A stretch of DNA of 64,000 bases from Balanoglossus misakiensis (Eukaryota; Animalia; Hemichordata): NCBI GenBank assembly GCA_040954595.2, contig CM082578.2, positions 14,290,304-14,354,303 of the forward strand, given 5' to 3'. A model generated the notes under the pieces. The model had not been told where the DNA came from. It did not search any database and worked only from the letters and a program-made list of their open reading frames with translations. Below, piece by piece: positions 29,001 through 40,779 of the stretch. The position numbers were made by a program, and so were the translations under genes. Position 1 is the stretch's first letter. Each line of letters begins with the position of its first letter.

Positions 29001-32000
29001 TGCCTCCTCTACTCTCTGTCTCTGTCGCTTAGCCTGCTGGGATTCTCTTGGGCAAATCTTAGCCATGCATGGCCGTAGCAAATAGACCACCATCACGGCA
29101 TGGAAGCTCTGGTTATTTTCTAAATGCTGGCATAAAATTTAAAAAACGAAATCCCTTCAAACCCAGACCTGCTGACCCATATTAACCCCCAATACCTATT
29201 GTAATGGCCTTTTTTCACGTAACAAGATTTAACGAAAAAGACAGAATAAAAAAATAGAAATAAAGAACTCTAAAATAAGTTCAGTTCAAGCAGTTGATTT
29301 GAAGATTCCAAATTCATGATGTAAAATCTTCAAGAAAAAAACAACAAAAGCCATGACAGTGTCAAATAGTGTTAGGGGTTATCTGTACTTGTGTGTGTGT
29401 GTCATGTGTCTAGGCAGCACACTGGCACTCATTGCTTGAAATCAAGCTGGCTCTCAAGCTATTCAGCTCCCATCTCATCATTGTGTTTTTTTATAACATT
29501 TTGGCATGTGGACAGAGTTTTCGGGGGGAATTCATGTACTTGTTGTTTTGCATGGGTGTTGGTTCTGATGGTTGGTATTTGGGATGTGTATTTCATACAC
29601 CTTGCTTGTGTGTCTTTAAACTTGTGTATCTTCGAGTGTGTTTTACACAGAGGGGGACAACACAGTATCTCTCTCTCTCTGTCAGTCGTGGGTACCGTTA
29701 CATTGTTCTGTGATACTGATATGTTTTAACTCTATGCTTATTGGACCTTAGTAATGCAGCACTCTTGTGTTTACTGGCAAGTGTGAATCCAAATGACGAC
29801 AAGCTTGAAAGCACTGCAATAATAATTTCAGTCACTCTTGAAATACTAATTTCTGGTACGGCTGTGTAGCAGATGTGCTGCAAGAGCGTCAGGCGTAATG
29901 ATTTGTCCATGACTCTTTCTTTCAGGGTATCACTAAGTCGACGCACATTTGGACCCAGCCATGTCACGGTGCACGCGTGGTATGCCAACCCCGTTCTTGT
30001 CAAGTCCATGTGGGCTATGGCAATAAGCCAACATCAGTTCCATCTGGATAGGAAACAAAGCAAGGTAACTAAGAGAAAAAAAGTGTAAATATTCCCAACT
30101 CTCTTAACCCAAGGCTCTCTTTGTACAAATGGATGTATATATTAAAGCATTATGCCCACACTGACAGTTTACATGATAAAATACAACATTGGGAGTGAGA
30201 AATCAAGCACTTTTCATTGTCAGAGATATAAGTGTGTTATGAGTTACAGTGTAGAACGAGTACCCGGCATTGCTGGGTTACACGCTGCTCTGTTTCTATG
30301 GAGGCTAAGTCCTGTGGCTGTGGATAGCGAAGGGTTAAAGGTCATGAGAACCAATCTGTTACATCTGTCGTATCCCAGGCAGTTAAAGAGAGCAGACCTA
30401 GTACAAACATTCTCATCATTAGACGGATGGAAAATCAATCAAGTTGAACCCACAGCACACAAATTTATGATTGTAATAATGTCTTCTGATGGCAATCGCT
30501 ATGATATTACACGTTTAATGGGCAGTGTTAATTGGCAGTTTCTTTCTGGGTCAGCCGTTCAAATCCTGTGTTTGTCAGCACCCGAGTGGAGAACTTGTGT
30601 CTAGTCAGCGAATTTTTTATTGATTCTTGGTTTCTGGGTGGATACATGGATCACAGGGTTTTGGGATAGAGAGGGTTGGTTATCAGGTTGGATCTAATCT
30701 GTTTTTTTGCTTGCAGGCAAAATTACCCATATTCCGCAGTCTCAACGACATTGCAGCAGAGCTGTCAACAAGCCGTCAGTCGCTGAGCTCCAAATCTTCA
30801 CAGACATCTGACCTGAGTCTTACCCAAAGTTCTGCAAGTCTCTCAGCAATGTCTACTAATGGAGGTAGGTAGTGTTGGAGTGACTTGTAATCTCAGGTCT
30901 CCTGTGATGCGTTGAAACCCCAAGATCTCTCCTGCTATTCTCTCCAGAGAGTCACTTGGAAGGTTTCCAGGTGGCAACTGACGCCAGGCACTAGATTAGT
31001 CGACCACCTCTGCACGATTTGGTGGTGTGTGATCTGAAAGAAAAGAAAAATAAGAGACCTAATTTGAAGGGAGAAAAAAACACAAGTACTGGTTACATTT
31101 TCATCGACAGTGACTGGGATCTTGTGTAGGGCAGAGAAATGCCACTTTGTCACTATAAACAGATAAAGTTATCACCAGTGAAATAGATGGTAACATGTAA
31201 AAGTAAAATAGCACATGTAGAAATGATGTTTCTGATTTACTTCAATGCTGCAGTGTCTACAGAGACTTTAGAAGCCCAGCAAGCAGCACAGAGAGAAATG
31301 GTTTCAGCGCTGAAAGGCAGGAAGGAAGCCCTGGAGGACAGGCTGAAGATGAAGATAGCAGCGCTGAAAGAACTCTGCATCAAAGAGGCTGAGATAATCG
31401 GGGAACTTCCCCCTGAGTACCCTCTGTTGCCGGGGGAACCGTTGCCACAGGTCAGACGGAGAGTCGGAACAGCATTTCAGCTCTCGGAGAGGGTGGTCAA
31501 CAGGAAAAATAATACAGAGGTAAAATAGAAGAGGGCTTTTATAAGCAATACATTCACTTCCATGGACATACACACCAACTCATTCACACTCAGATGTAAA
31601 CATACATGGTGAAATCTGTTCTGTCTGACACAAACCTTGTCTAATCTGGAAATCTTGACACTGAATGTTTTTCCAACTCTCACACGGGCCTCTGCATGAC
31701 ACTCAAACTTGATTTATTTTTCTTTGCTGGGATTCAGGGAGAAGAAATCCATCGACTGGAAATGGAGATTGACCTGCAAACCAAAATATCAAGCGCTGCT
31801 CTGAGCCTGGCAAACGATCCGAGAATTGACAAGAAGGTTCGCAAAAGTAGGAAAGAAACATACAGAAAAGCTACACAGAAGGTAAGTGAATAGGGAACAG
31901 TGTGTGAAGGGCCAAGGTCAAATGTTGCAGTTTTATGCAAGAACATTTCCTCACTTGCAGCCAGGCTGTTCTCTGTAATATTGGATATCGTCAGAGCCCA

Positions 32001-35000
32001 GATGTCTAGCTGTGTATACATACCTGGGTGACTTTGACATTGGGATTAGTTTTAGCATTTAACCTTGACATCTGATGGGTGTCCATTTGTACTTGACAGC
32101 TTCAAGAGCAGGAAAAGAGACTGCGTAACTTGAGAATGCAGATGGGATACTCTCCAGCCATCCTTCCGCCAAAGGCATACCAAGAGGACATGTCATCATC
32201 AACAGATGATAATGGTAACTGCAGTCAGATTTTCTCATAGAACCCTCATAGAACCTGCACAGATTTACAGCATAGACGTATCACAGACTGCTGTGTACCA
32301 TTACTGTTAAAAAGCACAATTCAAAACAGGAGAATCTTGATGCTTGAGAGCTTAGCTGTGTTCTGTTCCCATCATCAACTACAACAACCTCTCGAATATT
32401 TTCCAAATATATTCATAAAAATGTTTTGAATTCACTGCATACCTGTTAAGGCTTATGTGTTATTAAGGCAATGTGCACACGTTAGAAATTCACAGAATGG
32501 CAGATGAAGAATGCTTCACAAATTTCTGTTTTTAAATCTGAAGACTGAAGAAAATTTCAATATTTTAAAACCAGTCGTAACCCTCTGTTATTTTATTTAG
32601 TTTCAGACAAATCTCAGCCAATTTTCATCGGTCCACCTCCCACGCCCCCGTCAAATCGGAAACAATCAGATGGCCATATAAACTTGTACAGGGCTCCACA
32701 AATGCAGGCAATTGACATTCAAAGGACTTCCAGCAGGAGAAGTTCATCCTCAACTAGATCTCGGTCCCCAGGGCCATTTGGAATCAAACGAAGGCCGAGT
32801 GAACCTGTTAATGTTTACTACGACGCATCATCTCGGCCTGATCCACGGTACGCTGGGAGGCAGTCTCATAGGTCACGAGACAGGACCGCGGCAAAGTGGC
32901 GATCAAAAACCCCAGAACCCCCGAAAATCAGGGCCCCAATTGTGGAGGAAAGAAACGATAGTCGCCAACCTCCAAGACCCACCACTCCTGTGGTGTTATA
33001 CCCTGAAAAGGAGAACTCGCAACAAGAGCAACAGCGACCGCCAACCGCTGTCTTTACGTTTCCAGAAGCAGCACCTAAAAGACCGACTGACTTCAGGAAA
33101 AAGCAGTCGCCGGTGCCATTGAGACACCGCCACGCAGCGTCTACCAGTAATTTGGCAGGGAAAAACGGACATGATTTTCTTCCGTTTGATAATCCGGAAT
33201 ACCACCAGCAGCCGACGTCGCTCAGCCAGCCTGCGTCGCCCAAGAAGCAGGTTTTGTCACTCGGGCAGCTACAGAACAAATCGAACAGTCTGCCAGGGAA
33301 GGACAACAGTCCAGACAGCCACGGTTACACCCCGTATGTAAATAGGACTGGATATCGATCACAGCATTACCCGACTTACAGTACTGCGCCAAAGTTTGCA
33401 GACTTCAGCCCGAAACATTTTGAATTTGATGAAGTCAACATGTTGATCAATCAACCTTATAAACCAGATGATGAGAACTCGTCTGAGTCTTCGTCTCTGA
33501 AACATGGAGGCCTAGACGGCAGGACTTACAGTGCGGAACTGCTTCAGGATGACGATTATGTGCCGCAGGGGATGAGCAGGGCTGCAAAAAGCATGGAAAT
33601 GTTGCGAGACACGAACTTGTCGACGACGAACAGTGGAATTAATCTGGATGCACTCAGCACGGCGTCTGACGACATTGAGGAGCCGTCTCCGATGCAGAAT
33701 GTGGTTCGGGCGACGAAGAGCATGGAGTTGAACCGAGACAGTAATTCACACAGCACTGGGTACATTGCGGGGGTGACACACACACCCAGGACTGGCCGAC
33801 ACCATTATTCCAGTAGCTCGGCTCAAACCAACTTTGAACCGACGCCCATGAGGTCGTACGGTGGTGCGCCCGCTCACAGCAACCAGAGCTACAGGGTGCC
33901 CTTGCAAAGCCCCGGCTACGGCCGACGTGTCACAAACACAGCATATAGGTCAGTTCCCTCTTCGCCTGCACGTCAACACCCGAACACACGGAGTAGTAGT
34001 AGTAGCAATACTACATATCACCCTCCCTCGTTGAAACCGGCCGAGTTCCACACGGCTACCTCCACCACTGTCCGACCCACACCAGTGTTCGCCACAGTGA
34101 AAGTAGCTAGCAAAACACAGTATCAACCAATTCAGCCAATGACTTGTGAGGCTGTTAGACCCATCAACCCCAACAGGTAGGCCAGACACTTCATAGTGTA
34201 GCCATAATGGTTAAAAAATATATGCTAACATAGAAACTTAGCCAATAAAGGAGTGAGGACTTCATGACATATAAACCTGGTAAAAATAAAAATGCAAGAA
34301 GTACTAATAGAATACAGGAGAGTTAAAATATAAAGAAAAGTAGCTTTTCCTGAGTTTGATTTTGAGTTTTGTGTTTGCAGAATCACTGCCTGTAATTTGA
34401 GTGTATCATTATATTTTTGTTCTGCCTTTGGTTTCAATTCCTGTTGTAAGTTTTTTGTTGATATAGTATTATCAGTTATTTTTATCATGTTCCTTCCCCC
34501 ATAAGATAATGTTTCATGCTGATATATTTGATATATTTCCCCACATATCAACACTGCTGAGAACGTTTTTAGTTTGGATGTGTTCCCGATCGTGTGCATT
34601 ATTTTTACATTGCATGACGAGTTTCAACTGTTAACATTGCATGAGGGTGACTAATTTATTTGGACTGTCAATCGTTTAACATATTTCAAAGTTCTGTTAG
34701 CAATTTCAGGTTTCTGTGTTTGATCACATGTTTACACTGTGTTTGTGTCCCAGTGTTTGTTGTGCCCATCTGTTGTTCATCTGTGTATAATATTTATTTG
34801 TTTGTTTCTGTTTCTTTTTGATTCAATATTCAATATCCCTGTGTGTGAGCGAGTGTCGATGTTTCTCTATGTTGTTTACTTCTTTATTTTGTCACTATTT
34901 GTCTTAGTTTCTTCATTTGTTCTGTGTATCATTGTTTCACCACATTGTTTCCGAGCTCCATGTCACAATTTCACTTTCACACTTGCCACCACACAACAAC

Positions 35001-37586
35001 ACAGGTTATTGAAGTGTGAGTGTGTGTGCCACCATTTGTCTCTGTGATCTCTCCCCCCCTCCATTCCACACAGTGTATCCATTCTGTAGTTATAGCAGAC
35101 TGTCCTGTGATGTTGTGTGTGTGTTTTGTGTTTAAGTGTTTCTTTTTTTCTGTTCTATGTTCATTTTTATTGACTGATAGCCTATCTTCATTCACTGATT
35201 TAGAAGATAATGCACAGCTTCAGCATGCCGAAGGTGTCGTAAAAGCCAAGTAAGCAGTAGGCTATATTTTTTTTTTGTTTCGTTATTTTCCTTCATATTT
35301 CAGGGTTACTTTGGTACTCTCTGGACAATGGGTGTATCCATGGTGATAGTGTTTCTCATAGCAAAATTTTCCAACATCACTTATGTGACCACCCCTCACC
35401 ACCCTACAATGTCGTTTGTGTCATTTTTTTGCAATCATCGCAGTGCTCTCTGTTCTTACTTGCTGTCTTCCAAACTTGTTTCTTGTTCTGTCTTTCCCTG
35501 TTTTCTGTTTTTTTCTGGTTAAATTTGAAGACTAAACATCCTAGGAGAACAAATAAATATTAATGGTCTCTATACTAATCATACACTCAGGTCAGATTCA
35601 GTGTCTTTGCTAACCTTCAGTGATATCTTTAGATTCCTAATACTCAGTCGACACCAGAAATAACTGACATCAAACGTTAATAAAATCATTCTACTGAACT
35701 TTCACCTCTTCAGTCATTTCAACTGTTCTTACCTTTTATAACTTACACAATAATAATTTTTTCAGACAATCCTATGCTGGTATAGGTTCTCTCAATTTTG
35801 CATGAAATGATGAAAAAATGTCTATGAATTTAATTGCTATCACTTCTGTACTGGAGGATGTGTGAAAGGATCATTTCTAACCATAGACAGTAGACTATGT
35901 TCTAACAAAGAATTAAATTATAAAAGTGTTATAACAATAACATCATCAATAACTATAACAAAAACAACAATAACGATTATAATAATAGTAATAATAACAA
36001 TAATAATGTCTGTATCTTTTCTAACTTAAAAGTTTCTAAAGCACTGCCTTGATTTAAACATTACATTACGGTCATGATCTGGTCAATCACATGACAAGAT
36101 GACTAGCAAAAGAACCAGTTATATAGCAAGACTTGGGTATTAATTGCAAGCAGATACTCTGAATTAATGTGTTCAGTCATAACATTGTCAAAGAGGTAGA
36201 TATCACAACTTTATAGACTGGCTATAACACAATTTCAACAGCTGATTTGCATGATATGAAAACTCACAACTTTGTAGGAGTTGGTGTTTGTATGAATAAC
36301 CAAACTCAATACAGTGACAGATTGAACTATTAAAAATACTAATATATGTTTCCCCTTTGTCAAAGTCATTTTGAAGACCAAATTTGTTCTGAATTTCTTG
36401 TTTGGGTTATACAGACTTAAGTTTTCACAGTCTATGTATTATAGACTGTTGCCTGTTTCTGTCCCTTGATTATGACAATTCCTGACCAGAGAATTATGAT
36501 ATTACACAAAATACAGAGTACAGTCAGAAAGATGACTAAGTAAATAGTAGATATACCCTGTGAAACCATTCACCATGAAGCTTTAGATATCTTGCCACGT
36601 TATCAAGTCAATAGACCATCTGCTCTCAGTGTTAGACCAACTCCATTGAAGATACTTGCTTTGGGAGGGTGGGAGGTGTACCATTGTGTAATGGGGAAAA
36701 TTACATCATTCAGTACCTGGTTTATTTTGCAGTAATATTTCATGATTTAGATTGGCATTACCATTCTTGTGTATCTACATTAAAGACAGCATCTACATTT
36801 GATCATATAGTAGTCAGTAGCAACAAGGCTTGGAAGTCTAAAAATAGCTGTCATTTGTCATTTCGAATTGTCAAACAAACAAAATCATGTACAAGTATTT
36901 CATTAGTTTCATTGCCATTTAGTATGAAACACTGTGTCACAGATTTCACCTATGATAGATTTATCTTGCAAAATACATTGTTATACACCTTCTGCCTTAA
37001 CCTATGGAATTCAGTTGTACTTTACGTTTCGGTATTTACACAGTACGCAAAGTGATTGCTCACTTTGTTTTCATGGTGATGCAAAATCAACTTTTAAGGC
37101 ATGAAGGTGTATAATGGTAGGATTATACACAAAATATGGCCACATAATGGACTCGAACTTCTCACGTAAGGTATTTGACTTGCAAGGTATTGGAGTTCTT
37201 GTTCACACTGTCCATAATTTGTGAATAACCCTACAGTGTTGGATGGGAATCAATGTAAGATTGCTGGACTCAATTTACCGCTAGCACTACGTAAAATGTT
37301 CAGTTCACTAAAAATCAAGAATGGTGTACTGCAGCATAATTTGCCAGTCTGTAAAGCAAGGTCGACCCTACACTTGATAACTGTTCTTATGGCAACTAAC
37401 CTCCTCTTCTTCCCAACTTTCTCTAGGATGTATTCAGAATCCTATACCATTGATAGTACTGCAGGGAGTTACCAAGGTGACGCAGGGGAGTCACTTGCAG
37501 AGGCCTTCAGTGAAGAGATGCTCGCTTGGTACGAGGAAAATGAACAGTCATTTACCTCCAAGACAAGCAATAGTACATATGTATAG
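8095..37586 (+). CDS. FRMD4A: FERM domain-containing protein 4 (FRMD4A/B-like), ~1177 aa; exons 8095-8115 (tentative), 11589-11654, 12547-12641, 18363-18540, 19063-19142, 19908-20057, 24096-24240, 27136-27212, 28754-28858 (cassette), 29926-30064, 30717-30864, 31254-31519, 31738-31881, 32100-32214, 32601-34176, 35181-35249 (tentative cassette), 37427-37586
   Basis: The exon translations MTDGRRTQVVLLDDRRLEFLVQPKLLAGDLLDLVASHFNLKEKEYFG, LKKLPVLPTSALKEHPSLTYCEDRV, YMSIIESLPTYGVHYYEVKDKSGIPWW, FQWRQLENLYFRDRKFSIEVHDPRR, WAMAISQHQFHLDRKQSK and LCIKEAEIIGELPPEYPLLPGEPLPQVRRRVGTAFQL closely match recalled vertebrate FRMD4A (FERM plus cytohesin-binding coiled coil). Phases are consistent throughout. 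The protein ends STYV*. Confidence 0.93.
17118..17317. mobile_element. 200-bp MITE (non-autonomous DNA transposon) in a FRMD4 intron
   Basis: 27-bp terminal inverted repeats TACTGTAAAACACTTTATTTTCGCGAG / CTCGCGAAAAAAAAGTGTTTTACAGTA with 1 mismatch, TA at both ends, internal repeated CGCGAAAAT motifs, and CpG enrichment relative to the flanks. Confidence 0.85.
19367..19460 (+). mobile_element. ~90-bp TTAA-flanked piggyBac-like MITE (best-preserved copy)
   Basis: TTAACCCTTTCACC ... GGTGAAAGGGTTAA is a perfect 14-bp inverted repeat including TTAA. Related copies occur at 2778, 24520 and 46785. Confidence 0.75.
24520..24625 (+). mobile_element. Degenerate copy of the TTAA-CCCTTTCACC MITE family
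   Basis: TTAACCCTTTCACCCC...CATGGCAGTGAAACGGTTG; the right terminus is diverged. Confidence 0.55.
35930..36007. repeat. Imperfect (AAT/AAC)n low-complexity tract
   Basis: ATAACAATAACATCATCAATAAC...AATAATAGTAATAATAACAATAATAAT. Confidence 0.6.
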
Positions 37587-38123
37587 CAAAGGTTAGTTTC
37601 TCCAGCTATGCTTTCTTCCTGACAAGGGGTTTTCTCCAAATGAATATTGGAAGGTAGAGATACATGTAGATTGTGGTGTAGTGATTGTTGTTATTTGTTT
37701 TTGTGAGGAGTCTGGAAGAAATAATGTGAGGACTGACACGTACATGGACAGACAGACAACAAAAGAGAGAAAGAAAATCTCTCAGAAATGTTTTTTAAGA
37801 GTCTGTTGTAACCATGTGTAACAACCTGCATCATTTTGCTATCTGAATGGGGGGAAATCATATTGTTCTCTCCAAAGCTCATGTTTATCCCATGTTTATA
37901 TTTTCAGGCAAGAAAAACAAGAAGTGGAGAGCAGAAAACAAGTGCAATCCTCATGGACTCAAAGTACTACTTCAAGGACTGTATAGAATTCTGAATACAA
38001 GAAGAGTTTTGAGAGAAATGAGTTTGAACAGGCATTGAATGTTCATTGAAACAATCTGGGTGTCTTTATGAAATTATGATTGCGATTCACATAGGACTCA
38101 CTGATATATATTGATCAGGTCCA

Positions 38124-38200
38124 CACGCACATGGAGACACAAACACACACACACACAGACATGCATGCATGCACACATAGACACACAAACAGACACACAA
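38124..38200. repeat. Imperfect (CA)n microsatellite
   Basis: CACACGCACATGGAGACACAAACACACACACACACAGAC...ACACACAAACAGACACACA. Confidence 0.7.
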
Positions 38201-39170
38201 ATCTCCATGACCCAGGAAAAGTTGTCTCACATGAGAAGATATAGAGCTGATTCAGATTTCTGTGTTGTCTGCTGATAAGCTCAAGATTTTCCAAACATTG
38301 GTGTCCGTAAGAAGGCAGACTGACACATGCTCACCAACAGGAGTTAAGTTCATACAATGCCTGGAGAACTGCAGAAGGAGCAAGTTTTTGTAATATATAA
38401 ATTATTTGGACTCGTAAGCATGCTGACCTTGGGAGCCCAATCCCAAAACAATGTACATTCCTCGTCATGTTATTTTAACTGTTAATATAAACCTATCGCA
38501 TCCACTGTGTCATTTTATTGTACCATATTCACCTTTCCTCCACTTTTCTTTCACATTTTTGTACAAAAAACAGGTGCCATTTTTTGTACCGAGAAGTGTC
38601 TCTGTGAAGTATATAAATACATTGAACTTTTTAAGCTGTATTAGTGAATCGTGATGAGATGTCCTGAATTTTGCTTGGTATCAGAATTATGTGTTGCCTT
38701 TAAACAGTGGCGCCAGTATACTACAGGTCAAGTCTCAAGTGCAATTATTATTACCACTTAAATTTGTTACCCATGCACATATTTCACAGACAGGGGAGCT
38801 AACTTTCCATCTTGGACTGAAACTTCAGAGTAGTTCTTATACACTGCCACAAGATTGTTCACATTACTCAGTTTCTCGAGGGAAAATGGATTATTTTTCC
38901 CCAGACTTTTCATATTTCATTTATTGCCTTTATTATTGTCATCACAGTTGAATATCTCAGATCTTGCATCCAGACATGCACAAAACATACAGGAGCATGC
39001 CTGCCAAAATGTCAGTAACATAGTAGCCAGGCCTCACACTGTGGTGGCCAAATTCTTTCATCTGTGTGCTGTTGGATAGAACCCAGGAATTAAATGGAAA
39101 TGAATATTCTCTGCTACTAGCGTGATTTTCTGAGAATTCTGAAACCTGCAAATTGTGTCTACAACTTGCA

Positions 39171-39317
39171 CATTCTCCACACAGAGATTGTAGTGTCGAT
39201 AATTCTAACCTAGCTAAGGGGTCTGGCCAGCGGCCAGTTAGACCCCCTAGCTGGGGTCTGGCCGTCGACCAGTCAGACCCCCTAGCTAGGTTAGCTACAA
39301 TCTCTGTACGGAGAATG
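39171..39317. repeat. Nested inverted repeat (hairpin element) downstream of the FRMD4 stop, probably in the 3' UTR
   Basis: Outer arms 39171-39193 / 39295-39317 (23 bp, 2 mismatches) and inner arms 39205-39225 / 39274-39294 (21 bp, 1 mismatch). The core is a tandem duplication of a GGGGTCT...AGACCCC unit. Confidence 0.8.
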
Positions 39318-40779
39318 CAGCTTGCACTGTCAAATTACTGGTCAGGTGACCACTGATAGAAAATACACCACATGATATTCTGTGAATAAAATTCATATGA
39401 ACTTTGGCATATACAAAGAAAATCAGGGTTATGGAAACAAACAAATTCAAATTCACAATCAGTGAAATTCCTCAACAGTGCAATCCACTCTTACATATAT
39501 TTGAAATAATGTACATTAAATTGAATTCTGTCATTACTCATGGGAATGTGCCGATACAAATCTGGACATTTTTTTACTATGGGGATAAGCGGTAGAGAAG
39601 ACTGTCTTTGTATGTTGATACCTTCACTTTCAATAAATATAGCAGAGCTGTAGTGCTAGATTTTTACATGGAAGATTTATTTTATTGTATCATATTGTCA
39701 CTCATTCTGATGAGATGTGTAGTCTGTTTTATTTTCAAAAACAGGAGAAGCAACTGTGTTGCTTTTTCAGAAAAGTTTACAATTTCTTGTGAGTGTTCTT
39801 TTAAAGTATTGTCAGCGTGTTCTGGATAAATATAAATATCTTGACTGTATTTTTATTTATGTACAGTGTAAGAAGGTATTCGAGAGCAAAGTAAAAACAA
39901 AAAATCAAAAATTTGTATCGTTTTTTTTGTCAAATTCGGGATGAATGTGGTGTAGTACATGTGTCGTGTTTGATGAGAGACAAGCGAAACCAATCAGTAT
40001 AGCGCCCCCAGCGATGAATATGAACCTCGCCGCCCTAGAACTGTAGAAAGACATTGTGGTTTATCGAACGTGAAGAAAGTTGTCAATTGTACTTGATTTT
40101 AAAACCACACATGTTCACTTGGAATGGGGAGAATAGTAGGCCAAGACCACTATTTACTAATTTGATTCTTATAGAAATATATAAAAAGGCAGGGGCTGTA
40201 CATTGAGAATATCCGCACTTTATGTAGGCTTATTTATGTCAAATTGTTGATTTCATCTTTGTAAATTTGTGTAAAGCAATCATTAAAATGCCCAATTATA
40301 AATAAACGTTCTTTTGACGGCGTTATAGCAATCTCTGCGCCCTTTGTATATTGCTCATTTTTAACGACGGAAGTCGCTGGCCTGTTATAGCTGGAAACTG
40401 TATTTTCTACTCATAAAAATAATTATTTCCAAGTACTGGCATTGCCTTCAGCATTCATCTTTTACTTCAGACAGTCACCAGATTACTGGCCTTTTCCTGA
40501 AGGAAATTTATTATCGCCTCTCATGGTTGGGTCTAGACCCTCTTGTTGTATTAGGCGTTACTGCTCTGTCCTAAGTACGTGCGTCACAGGAAATTGCTCC
40601 AAACACCGGACAGGCCCAGATACTCATCCCCTACACCTGATGTTCGTTACCAAGATACCATAGTGTCGAGTGACCATCACAGACAAAGCGCATCCTTAGT
40701 TCTCGGTTTCCATCACATCATCAGCTTTTGCCTCGAGAGATTTCAAACAAGCGTCTTCAGTTTTGTATGTGCAAGCGAC

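Noticed and set aside
30152-30604. 150-aa intronic ORF as a nested gene
   Set aside because: No recognisable motif or splice context; the flanking FRMD4 exons join in phase without it.
32712-34189. Alternative-frame and antisense ORFs over the large FRMD4 exon (likewise over 47574-49349 and 53349-55164)
   Set aside because: These are shadow ORFs of genuine long coding exons with no independent evidence.
40579-40779. N-terminal extension of the opsin ORF from a GTG
   Set aside because: Non-ATG start in a eukaryote and no opsin-like sequence; ATG 40780 is the first in-frame Met.
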